Positions 38,135-48,146 are shown, counted from the first letter of the stretch. The stretch: DNA of 64,000 bases from Escherichia coli 042 (GCF_000027125.1 NC_017626.1); one strand, 5' to 3'. Notes: a model not told the origin generated them from the letters alone. Numbers and translations: made by a program.

Positions 38135-39394
38135 ATGCCAAAACTCACAGATATGCAGATCCGCGCATGGATAAAGGCGGGAGACAGATTTGATGGCAAG
38201 GCAGACGGCAACGGCCTTTATATTTGCTACCCAAAAAACTACACAGTCCCGTTCTGGCGATTCCGCTATAAGCTCGCAGGAAAGCAGCGGGCTATGGTTA
38301 TAGGCTCTTACTCCGAACTGTCACTATCAAAAGCCAGAGAAACAGCAAAAGAGCTGTCAGCCAGAGTTGCTCTTGGCTATGACGTAGCAGCAGAGAAACA
38401 GGAACGAAAAGCTGAAGCACTGGCAAAAATGGAGGCTGAGAAAAACGCCATGTGCGTTTCAGATCTGGCCGCCGAATACTTCGAGCGCCAGATACTTCCA
38501 AGATGGAAACATCCCGATATCCTTCGCCGGAGAATTGATAAGGATATTAACCCCTGCATTGGGCATATGAAGGTGGAGGACGTTAAGCCACGCCACATTG
38601 ACGACATGTTGAAAGGTATCGTTGACCGAGGAGCACCAACGATAGCAACAGATGTATTACGCTGGACACGCCGTATCTTTGACTATGGGATAAAACGCCA
38701 CGCTCTGGAGATAAACCCTTGTTCAGCGTTTGAAGTATCTGATGCTGGTGGTAAAGAGGTTTCCCGCGACCGTTGGCTAACTCGCGATGAGCTTATCAGG
38801 CTATTCGAAGCTATGCGCACCGCAAAAGGATTCAGCCGCCAGAACGAACTGACATTTAAGCTATTGCTGGCACTATGCGTTCGTAAGATGGAGTTATGCG
38901 CCGCACGATGGGAAGAGTTTGATTTAGATGGTGCGGTATGGCATTTGCCGGAAGAACGCAGCAAAAACGGAGACCCTATTGATATACCTCTACCTTCCCC
39001 AGCCGTTGAATGGTTGAGAGAGCTACACACCTTTTCATGTAATAGCGCATGGGTGCTTCCAGCCAGGAAGATGCAAAACAGAATGATCCCACATATTCAG
39101 GAAAGCACTTTGCCCGTAGCACTGGCTAAGGTTCGCGCCGAAATACCGGATGTGCCTAATTTCACGATTCACGACTTCCGACGCACCGCACGTACTCATT
39201 TAGCAGCGTTGGGTGTTGATCCTGTCGTGGCGGAACGATGCCTCAATCATCGCATTAAGGGCGTAGAGGGGATTTATAACCGCCATCAGTATTTTGATGA
39301 GCGTAAAGCAGCACTGGCACAGTGGGCTGATCTGCTGGTGGCACTGGAAAGCGGAAAAGACCACAACGTAACGCCTCTCAGAAGGGCGAACTAA
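38135..39394 (+). CDS. int: Tyrosine site-specific integrase (P4-like)
   Basis: Start taken at the internal Met (MPKLTDMQIRAWIKAG); C-terminal catalytic region with HDFRRTARTHL and GIYNRHQY motifs. Confidence 0.88.
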   Translation: MPKLTDMQIRAWIKAGDRFDGKADGNGLYICYPKNYTVPFWRFRYKLAGKQRAMVIGSYSELSLSKARETAKELSARVALGYDVAAEKQERKAEALAKMEAEKNAMCVSDLAAEYFERQILPRWKHPDILRRRIDKDINPCIGHMKVEDVKPRHIDDMLKGIVDRGAPTIATDVLRWTRRIFDYGIKRHALEINPCSAFEVSDAGGKEVSRDRWLTRDELIRLFEAMRTAKGFSRQNELTFKLLLALCVRKMELCAARWEEFDLDGAVWHLPEERSKNGDPIDIPLPSPAVEWLRELHTFSCNSAWVLPARKMQNRMIPHIQESTLPVALAKVRAEIPDVPNFTIHDFRRTARTHLAALGVDPVVAERCLNHRIKGVEGIYNRHQYFDERKAALAQWADLLVALESGKDHNVTPLRRAN

Positions 39395-39489
39395 CTGAAT
39401 AGATTGAGCCTAGCTCGACGGGGCGAAAAGCGGGAAGCCTTACCGCCTGGCTCAATCACAAAATAAGGCGCAGCGTAAAAGGTGACGCA

Positions 39490-40335
39490 ATGAAAAAACT
39501 ACCACCAAATCTCTTTTTCCGACTTAATAGAGCAGCAAATTTATTAGAAATAGAAGTCGATGATCTTCTACTTATGGGAGTATCAGGCTCTATATTTTTG
39601 AGCACAATAATTCACCAGTATGAAGGCGTACTCTATCAAGCGGGAAACTTGCCACCAGACCACGGCAGCAAAGACATAGAAAACTTATTATTTGGTTCTA
39701 TTATTTCTACTAGAGAAGATACCGAAAGATATCTAAATGAAGGTGTTTTCGATGGTATGAAGTGCTTAGCAAGTGGATTATGGCACGTTCCTAGTGATTT
39801 CATTGCTTCCCTTGCAGGGGTTAAGAGAGCCCCTGACATTCCACTCATATTCTCACCAGCATATATAAAAAAAGAACTAGATATCACATCAGGACGTTAC
39901 TTTTTCTACGATTTTCGCGAACATGATACCACCGTATCGTCTGTGGAAGATTTGTATATATCAAGACCGTGGGTTGAATATATAGCTGAAAGCATGGATA
40001 AAAATCAGCCAATACCCAGCATACTCCATTTGGGTTCACACGATCTTTATGAAAAGGAATTTAAAAACATAGAGCATGGAAATAGAGCACGACATAGCCT
40101 GAACCGTGAGAATAGCATTATGGCGTTGATTTATGTGAAACGGCACTATCCGGAAGAGTGCAAAGGGAAAAACGGGAAAGAAACCAACGAAGCGTGGGCA
40201 AACGCTACGATAGACCACTGGCCACATGTGGGTGGCGATTATGATGAACCATCTACAGATTATTTAAAGAAGATCATATCTGACATGGACAGATTGCCGG
40301 AAAAACGTACCACGGCAGGAAAGAAGAAATCATGA
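39490..40335 (+). CDS. Hypothetical protein, AT-rich orphan gene between int and alpA
   Basis: 281-aa ORF with markedly lower GC than its neighbours; no family recognised. Confidence 0.55.
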   Translation: MKKLPPNLFFRLNRAANLLEIEVDDLLLMGVSGSIFLSTIIHQYEGVLYQAGNLPPDHGSKDIENLLFGSIISTREDTERYLNEGVFDGMKCLASGLWHVPSDFIASLAGVKRAPDIPLIFSPAYIKKELDITSGRYFFYDFREHDTTVSSVEDLYISRPWVEYIAESMDKNQPIPSILHLGSHDLYEKEFKNIEHGNRARHSLNRENSIMALIYVKRHYPEECKGKNGKETNEAWANATIDHWPHVGGDYDEPSTDYLKKIISDMDRLPEKRTTAGKKKS

Positions 40336-40447
40336 TAATAAAATTTAGTATCGTGACAATAAAATTTACTGTAATTCACTTTTGAGCATGCACACCATTA
40401 AATACCCGTAACGAAGCAACAACTATCGCTAAGAGGTTACGGGAAGC

Positions 40448-40651
40448 ATGAACACCGACACGATTCCTACAAAAGGCTATATCAGACGCTTTCGCCTGGC
40501 TGAATTGCTGGGCGTTAGTGTATCCACCATCGACCGTAAAGTAAGAAACGGTTCACTACCACGTCCGGTAAAGCTGGGAGAAAAAATAACTGCGTTTGAT
40601 GCGGTTGAGATTCACAACTGGCTGGCAGAACGCCGCGGGAAGGTGGCCTGA
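40448..40651 (+). CDS. alpA: AlpA-family phage transcriptional regulator
   Basis: 67 aa with the AlpA-type HTH pattern (LGVSVSTIDRKVRNGSLPRPVKLGEK...W). Confidence 0.8.
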   Translation: MNTDTIPTKGYIRRFRLAELLGVSVSTIDRKVRNGSLPRPVKLGEKITAFDAVEIHNWLAERRGKVA

Positions 40652-41082
40652 TGGAAAAGAAAAACCGCCCATTACAGGCGGCTAATTCAGATACTCGCGT
40701 ATCTGATGTTACGCCCCTTACAAAATCCCTTCAAGCACCAAAGCGCACACCGAAAAAGCATCGTGCCAGAGTCTATATGCTGCGTACTGGTATAGAGGGA
40801 TGGACAGAAAATGACATTCTTCGCTACTGCCGCCTGTCTTCTGGTCGTAACTATGCAACAGAGTTAGAACGCCAGCTTGGAATCACTCTGGAGCGTATCG
40901 ACGAAAAGAATCCTGATGGTATCGGAACACACCTTCGCTACCGTTTCTCCTGCCGCGGTGATGTTCTGAAAGTGATCACTCATATTAACCATCTTGCGAA
41001 CATAAATGATCACAACGGACTTTCTCAGCAGGAAATTGCCGACATTCTGAAACTCTACCCGGACGCGTTTAACGCCGCCTAA
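40651..41082 (+). CDS. Hypothetical island protein
   Basis: 143-aa ORF whose start overlaps the alpA stop; basic N-terminus. Confidence 0.5.
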   Translation: MEKKNRPLQAANSDTRVSDVTPLTKSLQAPKRTPKKHRARVYMLRTGIEGWTENDILRYCRLSSGRNYATELERQLGITLERIDEKNPDGIGTHLRYRFSCRGDVLKVITHINHLANINDHNGLSQQEIADILKLYPDAFNAA

Positions 41083-41094
41083 CGGAGACTGAAA

Positions 41095-41928
41095 ATGAAC
41101 ATCGAAAAAAGCAGATTAATTTCTGAGGCCGCCCCTCATCTGAACGCCTCTCTGGGCACAATTAACGGTAATGAATTTGCCGCAATTGTCCCGGTTATTC
41201 CTGGTCACATCGGTGGGCGTGAAACCAATATTGTTAGCGCAAAAGCGTTACACAAAGCGTTGGGCGTGGGAAAAGACTTCTCTACATGGATCACTGATCG
41301 CATCTCTGAATATGACTTCACCATTGGGCACGATTACTCAGTCCATAAAACAATTTCCCCAAATTTGGGGAAAAGCCCGAATGGCGCGGCTTACAGCAAG
41401 ATTAAGCAGTCTGGCAGACCCGGCAAAGACTATCTGTTAAGTGTCGGAATGGCGAAAGAACTGGCAATGATCGAACGCAATGATCAGGGTCGCGCTATCC
41501 GTCGTTATTTCATCCAGTGCGAGGAAGAATTACAGCGTAGCGTGCCTGAAATCGCCGCCCGCTATCGTCGCCAGCTAAAAGCCCGTATCAGTGCCGCAAA
41601 CAACTTTAAGCCAATGTGCGATGCGCTGAATATGGCCCGTGCCGAGCAGGGGAAAACGACGCAGCAACACCACTACACAAACGAGAGCAATATGATTTCT
41701 CGTATCGTTCTTGGAGGGCTAACTGCTAAGCAGTGGGCGCGGATAAATGGCTATTCTGGCGAACCTCGCGACCATATGAACGCAGAACAGCTTGAGCACC
41801 TCTCATATCTCGAAAGCACCAATATCACGTTAATTGATATGGGCATGGAATATGAGCAGCGCAAAGGAGAACTCACCCGCCTGTCGCAACGCTGGCTCGC
41901 CAAGCGTCTGGAGGCGGTCCATGTTTAA
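41095..41928 (+). CDS. Phage antirepressor-like protein (Ant/KilAC-like)
   Basis: 277 aa; N-terminal region resembles antirepressor-family proteins; assignment from memory only. Confidence 0.5.
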   Translation: MNIEKSRLISEAAPHLNASLGTINGNEFAAIVPVIPGHIGGRETNIVSAKALHKALGVGKDFSTWITDRISEYDFTIGHDYSVHKTISPNLGKSPNGAAYSKIKQSGRPGKDYLLSVGMAKELAMIERNDQGRAIRRYFIQCEEELQRSVPEIAARYRRQLKARISAANNFKPMCDALNMARAEQGKTTQQHHYTNESNMISRIVLGGLTAKQWARINGYSGEPRDHMNAEQLEHLSYLESTNITLIDMGMEYEQRKGELTRLSQRWLAKRLEAVHV

Positions 41929-42103
41929 GCCGACAGGAACACCACAACCTCAAAAACGCTACAAAGATGCCCACGGAGCACTCGTTACTGTCGAAAGCGT
42001 GTCTCACAACCGAGTGACGTTTTATCGCGACGGGTATCAATCGCCATGCGTACAACCGCTGGCGCGCTTCATGAAGGAGTTCGCGGAGGTTAACAAATGC
42101 TAA
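41921..42103 (+). CDS. Small hypothetical island protein
   Basis: 60 aa from MFKPTG; its ATG overlaps the stop of the upstream gene. Confidence 0.45.
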   Translation: MFKPTGTPQPQKRYKDAHGALVTVESVSHNRVTFYRDGYQSPCVQPLARFMKEFAEVNKC

Positions 42104-43164
42104 CCGTCCAGAAGAAGATATTTTCACTGGCTGGTATGTCGCCAAAATCCAGCAATATGACAGCAAAGTCTGGCATTAATACAGCAGATGCAAGCAAAGT
42201 TTATCATTTTCTGGTGGTAGGAGCGGATGCCTTAACTATGTCAGAAATTACGGTCGATGGTGTTAGCGTTGAGAAGGTCGGCGGCTGCGCCAGAGAATTT
42301 CTGGTCGTAGATGGCTTTCTCTGCTCGCGTAGTGACTCCACAAAAACCTTCGTCCACACGCGCGACGTTAACGAAATGAGCGCGATGTATTGTGCATCTG
42401 GTGCTTCCAATAGTGAGTTTTCGGAGTCCATAAAAAAGAGCTTGCCGTTATGCGGCAACACGGTTTATGGTTATAAGGCACCTCATAAAACGGGTGCCGG
42501 GATTGGCGTCCTGGTAAATCGAATGGCGACATATGACGCGCCGAGCGTCTTTTTTTATGTCGTAGGTCTGACTCACCCATTTTTTGGGCGTTGGTGTATA
42601 ATCCAGCGCCTTTGTCAATCAATGGTGGCTCAGGCAGGGGCTTCTTCGGAAGCGCCGGTATCCATTCGAGCCGGTTACGCCAACCCTGTCTGGGCTACCA
42701 CCAGCGAAATTGGCGTTTCCGGTGGTAGCGTTACATGCTATCGAATGGAGGCTGCCACATGCTGGCTACTACCCCTACCCAAAAACCGCAATTTATCTGG
42801 ATTATCGCCGCAGTTCGCCGCGATTGCCCGACAATTACCGCCAAAATTCATCATATTGCTGCCGAGTCTGAACGCGATGCTCGCCGTTCTCTGGTGCGCG
42901 ATCACGTCTGCTTTTTTGCTGGTCGTATCCGCATGGAGGTGGCACATGATTAAAACCTACGATGTGCATATGGATCCCCTCGAACGCACAAGCCAGATCA
43001 TCACACTGACAGAAGTGATTAACGACATTCTGGTGAGCAACTCTCCCTCACGAGACGAAAGACTGAAGGCGTTACTCGCGATATTGGATCTCGCCGTTCG
43101 TGACGTTCATTTCCTGCTGGAAGGTGGCGAAATGCCAGGAAAAACGGGGGCAACCAATGAATAA
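42097..43164 (+). CDS. Hypothetical island protein; gene boundaries uncertain, possibly two genes read through in one frame
   Basis: 355-codon open frame with an ATGCTAA start overlap; its middle is overlapped by a more gene-like ORF in another frame and an internal ATG at 42946 overlaps that ORF's stop. Confidence 0.35.
   Translation: MLTVQKKIFSLAGMSPKSSNMTAKSGINTADASKVYHFLVVGADALTMSEITVDGVSVEKVGGCAREFLVVDGFLCSRSDSTKTFVHTRDVNEMSAMYCASGASNSEFSESIKKSLPLCGNTVYGYKAPHKTGAGIGVLVNRMATYDAPSVFFYVVGLTHPFFGRWCIIQRLCQSMVAQAGASSEAPVSIRAGYANPVWATTSEIGVSGGSVTCYRMEAATCWLLPLPKNRNLSGLSPQFAAIARQLPPKFIILLPSLNAMLAVLWCAITSAFLLVVSAWRWHMIKTYDVHMDPLERTSQIITLTEVINDILVSNSPSRDERLKALLAILDLAVRDVHFLLEGGEMPGKTGATNE
42759..42953 (+). 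CDS. Small protein, possibly Icd-like cell-division inhibitor family
   Basis: [22 protein letters not shown]... in an alternative frame inside the 355-codon ORF; resemblance to Icd-like proteins is from memory. Confidence 0.4.
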   Translation: MLATTPTQKPQFIWIIAAVRRDCPTITAKIHHIAAESERDARRSLVRDHVCFFAGRIRMEVAHD

Positions 43165-43351
43165 CTCAATTAATGCCCCTCGACTTACGTCCGCACTTCA
43201 ATTAATCGAGCAAGCAGCGGCTGTCCTGGTTGCTGTCAGTCTTTCGGCTGAAGAAATGGACGCTGCTGATGTCGTGGATGCGATTAAAGCGTGCTCATCT
43301 TTGGTTAACGATGCCCGTGCAGAGCTGGTAATTCTTGGGGGTGAAAAATGA
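43157..43351 (+). CDS. Small hypothetical island protein
   Basis: 64 aa from [10 protein letters not shown]; start overlaps the upstream stop. Confidence 0.45.
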   Translation: MNNSINAPRLTSALQLIEQAAAVLVAVSLSAEEMDAADVVDAIKACSSLVNDARAELVILGGEK

Positions 43352-43611
43352 ATATCAACTTAATTTATCGTCATCCGTGTGAGCTGGAAATTGAATCATT
43401 GCTGAGTCGTGAAGAGCTATATCCAGACACATTCACTCTTGCAGATCGCACGACTGAACGGCTTACCAGAGCGCGCACAGGTCTGGTTCATGTGATGAAT
43501 GAGATTCTTCCATCGGTGGGAGGGGAACAGGCGACAGTAATCAATAGCTGGCTACAAAAAGTTACCTCCCTGATAGATATCAGTTTAATCGATGCGGAGA
43601 GTGCGAAATGA
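43348..43611 (+). CDS. Small hypothetical island protein
   Basis: 87 aa; ATGA start/stop overlap. Confidence 0.5.
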   Translation: MNINLIYRHPCELEIESLLSREELYPDTFTLADRTTERLTRARTGLVHVMNEILPSVGGEQATVINSWLQKVTSLIDISLIDAESAK

Positions 43612-43829
43612 CCAACATCCAGCTCATTGAAGCGCAATGTCGCATCGAACAGGTTCAGACTGTTTTAGGGTTCTGGCTTGAAGGGGCCAGCCCCAGCAAC
43701 AGAGACAAGTTAATGATTGGCGCGGTTATGTCACTGCTCAATGGCGTACCAGAAGCTATTCAGGAAGCAGACGAATTGTTGGGCAAATATGAGTTACAGA
43801 ATCATTCAGGCGAGGCGAAACATGAATAA
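43608..43829 (+). CDS. Small hypothetical island protein
   Basis: 73 aa; ATGA start/stop overlap. Confidence 0.5.
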   Translation: MTNIQLIEAQCRIEQVQTVLGFWLEGASPSNRDKLMIGAVMSLLNGVPEAIQEADELLGKYELQNHSGEAKHE

Positions 43830-44424
43830 TTTCTTAACCTTCCATGCAGAAGCAACGCCTGACGGCGTAAACATCATGCACCGCAGCAACGATGGCATGA
43901 CAGAACGCGTTGAGACCGTTTCATATATTGATGCCGTAAATCGTCTGGATGCCGGGGATTATGACGATAAACCAGATGAAGGTATGTCAATACATCTCGC
44001 TATTGCCGATGGCGGCAACCAGGGATATTTCGATTACACATCACAGCATAACGTCATTATGTGGAGATGGCTGATCGCAACAGTATTCATGCTGGAAATG
44101 AGAGAGGAAAACGGCACTGTCAGCATCATTGATGATACTGGCAATCCTTCCGAAGTGGCTGTTTATTCCAACGGCATCGTCGCCATGCCGCTGTATCCAG
44201 TAGCAGAGCGCCTCGCTATGGCAAACAACATTGAGGGCGCGATGATAGAACGTTTTGGCATCGAGTCTGGCACAGAACGCGCCATCATTTTCTACAGAGC
44301 CATGATGGATGTGGAACAAGGAGCACTGACTCCATTTGGTCGTGAAACGCTTGCTGAACTTCACAACAGCTTTATAGCTGAACTGAATGAAAACGGCATG
44401 CCAGCGGAACCAGTGACGCACTGA
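43822..44424 (+). CDS. Hypothetical island protein
   Basis: 200 aa from MNNFLTFHAEATPDG; start overlaps the upstream stop. Confidence 0.5.
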   Translation: MNNFLTFHAEATPDGVNIMHRSNDGMTERVETVSYIDAVNRLDAGDYDDKPDEGMSIHLAIADGGNQGYFDYTSQHNVIMWRWLIATVFMLEMREENGTVSIIDDTGNPSEVAVYSNGIVAMPLYPVAERLAMANNIEGAMIERFGIESGTERAIIFYRAMMDVEQGALTPFGRETLAELHNSFIAELNENGMPAEPVTH

Positions 44425-44434
44425 GGATGGATCC

Positions 44435-44776
44435 ATGATTACTAAAAATTTCCGACTGAATGCGCTGGCAAATAAGTATGCGTCGGCACTGTATAACCAC
44501 ATTACCTCCACCAGCGGCGGGGACTATTTCATGGTTCATGCGGACGGCGAGGCCGTCCGTGTGGAAATCGTCAATGGAGTAAAAGGCGTTCGCAGCCTGA
44601 TCGATAGCTACACACTGGCAGCCATGAAAGTGTTCTACCCGCAGTGGGAAACCGTGGGGATAGAGCTTCTTGATCGTTGCGTCACTAAGGACGGATTGAC
44701 TGACGTCGGGCGTGAGATATGGCAAAGCATGGTTAATGACATGGGCGCAACTGTAGCGGGAGGTTCTCATGCGTGA
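44435..44776 (+). CDS. Hypothetical island protein
   Basis: 113-aa ORF in the coupled gene string. Confidence 0.5.
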   Translation: MITKNFRLNALANKYASALYNHITSTSGGDYFMVHADGEAVRVEIVNGVKGVRSLIDSYTLAAMKVFYPQWETVGIELLDRCVTKDGLTDVGREIWQSMVNDMGATVAGGSHA

Positions 44777-45140
44777 AAATGCAGAAATGGCGCTTAGCTC
44801 CGCAATCGGAGAGCAGGTGGCAAAGATTGCTGGCGCTGTGTGGATTCATAACCTTCATTCTACTGGTGAAGAGAAAATGGCAATTCAGACGCCAGAGGGA
44901 CGCACCATTACTACATCTCTGAAGGCGTCAGATGTTTGTGATCTGATTTGCGCATTCATGTACCCAGCAATGAGGACTGTCCACGGCGATAAGTGGAAAC
45001 TTGCGACAACCGCTGAATTTGATATGTGGCTAAACAATGATGGCATGCTGACTGATTACGGAATAACCAAGTGGCAGATGCTGGTTAGCCATATCGCAAA
45101 CGCTATAGACCACGTGGGGTACGGTGATGCGAAACATTGA
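44769..45140 (+). CDS. Hypothetical island protein
   Basis: 123-aa ORF overlapping both neighbours. Confidence 0.5.
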   Translation: MRENAEMALSSAIGEQVAKIAGAVWIHNLHSTGEEKMAIQTPEGRTITTSLKASDVCDLICAFMYPAMRTVHGDKWKLATTAEFDMWLNNDGMLTDYGITKWQMLVSHIANAIDHVGYGDAKH

Positions 45141-47883
45141 TCTTATCCGCCAGGTTATCAGTGCGTCTGAAAACAACTGGCCTCATGTGCTGGGCTGCCT
45201 GAACATAAATGTCCCTGACTCTCCGCGCCGTCATGCTCCCTGCCCTGCATGTGGGGGCAAAGATCGATTCCGGTTCGATGACAACGGGCGCGGTAGCTTC
45301 ATCTGTAATCAGTGCGGCGCTGGTGATGGACTGGATTTAATTAAACGCGTAAATAACTGCGACACAACAGAGGCGGCGCTTCTTGCCGCTGATGTTCTGG
45401 GTATTGATTACCGGACAACGGAAACACCAGAAGCCACCAGCCAGAAACGGGAACAACTGGAAACCGAGCGCCAGCGACGCGAACAGGAGCGCCTGAAAAG
45501 GGCAGAGAAGGACGAACAACAAAGACGGGATACGTTTTCCCGTCAGTTTGATGACATGCGCAGAAAGGCTGTAAACGGCAAATCTGATTATCTGGTTGCG
45601 AAAGGGGTAGGTGATTTTACATTCCCCGTGTTGCCCGATGGATCTCTGTTGCTGGCGCTGGTGGATAAATCCGGCGCAGTAACAGCAGCACAGACTATTA
45701 CCTCACATGGTGAAAAAAGACTCCTGACAGGTTCAGCAAAGCGAGGGGCATATCACGCCATAAACGCACCAGAAACAACACAGAGCATCTTAATCGCAGA
45801 AGGGCTGGCAACGGCATTATCTGCCCATTTAATTCGTCCAGAGGCGCTGACAGTGGCGGCGATTGATGCCGGGAACCTGTTATATGTCGCCCAGGTACTG
45901 CGGGATAAATTTCCTTCAGCACAAATCATCATTGCTGCGGATAACGACCACAGCGAAGGAAGACAAAACACGGGGAGAATAGCAGCAGAAAAAGCAGCTT
46001 TATCTGTTTCTGGATGGGTGGCATTACCCCCGACAGATCACAAAGCAGACTGGAATGATTACCACCAAAAACACGGCATTAAATGCGCCACAGAAGCGTT
46101 CAATAAGTCAATGTACCAACCACAGGGTAATGGCGTGAAACAGGAGCCACAGACCATTGAGGGAAGCGATTTTAAGGTTATGGATACCGACCCACTGAAA
46201 CCAAGAATAGAAAGCCGCGAGGATGGTATTTATTGGGTATCTCCGAGAGCTGACAGCCAGAGTGGAGAAATCATCAATAACGAAAGCTGGTTATGTTCTC
46301 CGTTAAGCGTTATCGGTACTGGCAGAGACGATAAAGACCAGTATCTCATTCTTCGCTGGCTGTCGTTTGGTTCTGAAACGCCGACAACCGCTGCCATTCC
46401 ACTGGCTGATATTGGTGAACGTGAAGGATGGCGCACACTTAAAGCTGGTGGGGTAAATGTCACGACCAAAAGCAGCCTCAGAGCAATACTGGCAGACTGG
46501 CTACAACGCAGTGGCTCTCGTGAATTGTGGCGTGTTGCTCATGCCACTGGCTGGCAATGCGGAGCGTACATCATGCCTGATGGGGAAATCATCGGAACAC
46601 CTGAAAATCCTGTGCTGTTCAGCGGGAGAAGCTCAGCCGCAGCCGGATATACCGTCTCAGGGAGCGCGAAAAGCTGGCGTGATAACGTGGCGCGTCTGGC
46701 CTTTGGTAACTATTCAATGATGACCGGGATCGGCGCAGCACTGGCAGCGCCATTGATTGGGCTGGTGGGCGCTGACGGGTTCGGCATTCATTTCTATGAG
46801 CAGTCGAGCGCAGGTAAGACCACCACGGCAAACGTGGCGAGCAGCTTATACGGCAACCCTGATTTACTGCGGCTGACGTGGTACGGAACCGCGCTGGGGC
46901 TGGCAAATGAGGCCGCCGCCCACAATGACGGACTAATGCCGCTTGATGAAGTTGGTCAGGGCGCTGATCCTGTCAGCGTTTCACAGTCTGCCTATGCGTT
47001 ATTTAACGGTGTAGGGAAACTGCAAGGCGCTAAAGATGGTGGAAACCGGGATCTAAAACGCTGGCGTACAGTGGCAATCAGCACCGGAGAAATGGATTTA
47101 GAAACATTTATCGCTACTTCCGGGCGAAAAACCAAAGCCGGGCAACTGGTGCGACTGCTGAATATTCCGTTGAGTAAAGCAGTACGCTTTCACGATTACC
47201 AGAACGGAAAACAGCACGCAGACGCACTGAAAGACGCTTACCAGCATCACCACGGCGCAGCCGGGCGTGAGTGGATTAAATGGCTGGCAGACCACCAGCA
47301 ACAGGCAATTAAAACTGTTCGTGACTGCGAAAGCAGATGGAGAAGTCTGATCCCATCCGATTATGGTGAGCAGGTTCACCGTGTAGCCGCGCGATTTGCC
47401 ATTCTGGAGGCCGCATTGCTGTTAGGCGAGGTTGTAACAGGCTGGGATGCTCAGACATGCCGTGATGCGATACAGCACAGCTATAACGCATGGTTGCGCG
47501 AGTTCGGCACAGGTAACAAAGAACATCAGCAGATTATTGAACAAACGGAGGCATTTCTTAATGCCTATGGGCTTAGCCGTTTTGCACCATTTCCATACAG
47601 CCCGGCAGATTTGCCCATCAAAGATTTAGCCGGATACCGTCAGCGTGGAGAACATGACGAAAGCCCAATGATTTTCTACACATTCCCGGCCACATTTGAA
47701 AAGGAGATCGCATGTGGTTTCAACGCAAAACAGTTTGCTGAAGTGTTGAAAAAAGCCGGGATGCTAACCCCACCAAACAGCGGTCGTGGATACCAAAGAA
47801 AATCACCACGTATTCAGGGACGACAAATAAACGTTTATGTACTCAATTACCAGCCAGGAGATTACAACTCATCTGAAGAATGA
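45124..47883 (+). CDS. Primase / helicase replication protein (P4 alpha-like)
   Basis: 919 aa: N-terminal zinc-binding element (CPACGGKDRFRFDD...CNQCG), a central acidic primase-like region, and a C-terminal P-loop (SSAGKTTTANV). Confidence 0.85.
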   Translation: MMRNIDLIRQVISASENNWPHVLGCLNINVPDSPRRHAPCPACGGKDRFRFDDNGRGSFICNQCGAGDGLDLIKRVNNCDTTEAALLAADVLGIDYRTTETPEATSQKREQLETERQRREQERLKRAEKDEQQRRDTFSRQFDDMRRKAVNGKSDYLVAKGVGDFTFPVLPDGSLLLALVDKSGAVTAAQTITSHGEKRLLTGSAKRGAYHAINAPETTQSILIAEGLATALSAHLIRPEALTVAAIDAGNLLYVAQVLRDKFPSAQIIIAADNDHSEGRQNTGRIAAEKAALSVSGWVALPPTDHKADWNDYHQKHGIKCATEAFNKSMYQPQGNGVKQEPQTIEGSDFKVMDTDPLKPRIESREDGIYWVSPRADSQSGEIINNESWLCSPLSVIGTGRDDKDQYLILRWLSFGSETPTTAAIPLADIGEREGWRTLKAGGVNVTTKSSLRAILADWLQRSGSRELWRVAHATGWQCGAYIMPDGEIIGTPENPVLFSGRSSAAAGYTVSGSAKSWRDNVARLAFGNYSMMTGIGAALAAPLIGLVGADGFGIHFYEQSSAGKTTTANVASSLYGNPDLLRLTWYGTALGLANEAAAHNDGLMPLDEVGQGADPVSVSQSAYALFNGVGKLQGAKDGGNRDLKRWRTVAISTGEMDLETFIATSGRKTKAGQLVRLLNIPLSKAVRFHDYQNGKQHADALKDAYQHHHGAAGREWIKWLADHQQQAIKTVRDCESRWRSLIPSDYGEQVHRVAARFAILEAALLLGEVVTGWDAQTCRDAIQHSYNAWLREFGTGNKEHQQIIEQTEAFLNAYGLSRFAPFPYSPADLPIKDLAGYRQRGEHDESPMIFYTFPATFEKEIACGFNAKQFAEVLKKAGMLTPPNSGRGYQRKSPRIQGRQINVYVLNYQPGDYNSSEE

Positions 47884-47908
47884 GCTTCTTCATGTGCGTA
47901 GAAAAGGC

Positions 47909-48019
47909 GTTGGTTCAGTTGGTTCAGTTGGTTCAATTTGTAAAGAGTATTGTTTTATAAGGATTTTATTCTTTTTATTGAACCAACACTGAACCAACAA
48001 CACGGTATTTTGAACCAAC
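47909..48019. repeat. Iteron cluster 1, candidate replication origin
   Basis: Three tandem GTTGGTTCA 9-mers (47909–47935), an AT-rich spacer, then three spaced inverted TGAACCAAC copies (47979–48019), directly after the primase gene. Confidence 0.8.
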
Positions 48020-48069
48020 ACAATGTGACTGAATTGATGCGCACAACACCTGGCTGGCATCAGAGAGTA

Positions 48070-48146
48070 TTTTACGAGACTTTCGTAAAATCCTGTGTAC
48101 AAGGGCGTGACGTTTTTGAAAGTGAGCACTACGAAATTTTCGTAGT
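48070..48146. promoter_or_regulatory. Pair of related palindromes, candidate operators
   Basis: TTTTACGAGACTTTCGTAAAA (48070–48090) and the perfect 19-bp palindrome ACTACGAAATTTTCGTAGT (48128–48146); shared TACGAAA half-site. Confidence 0.45.
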
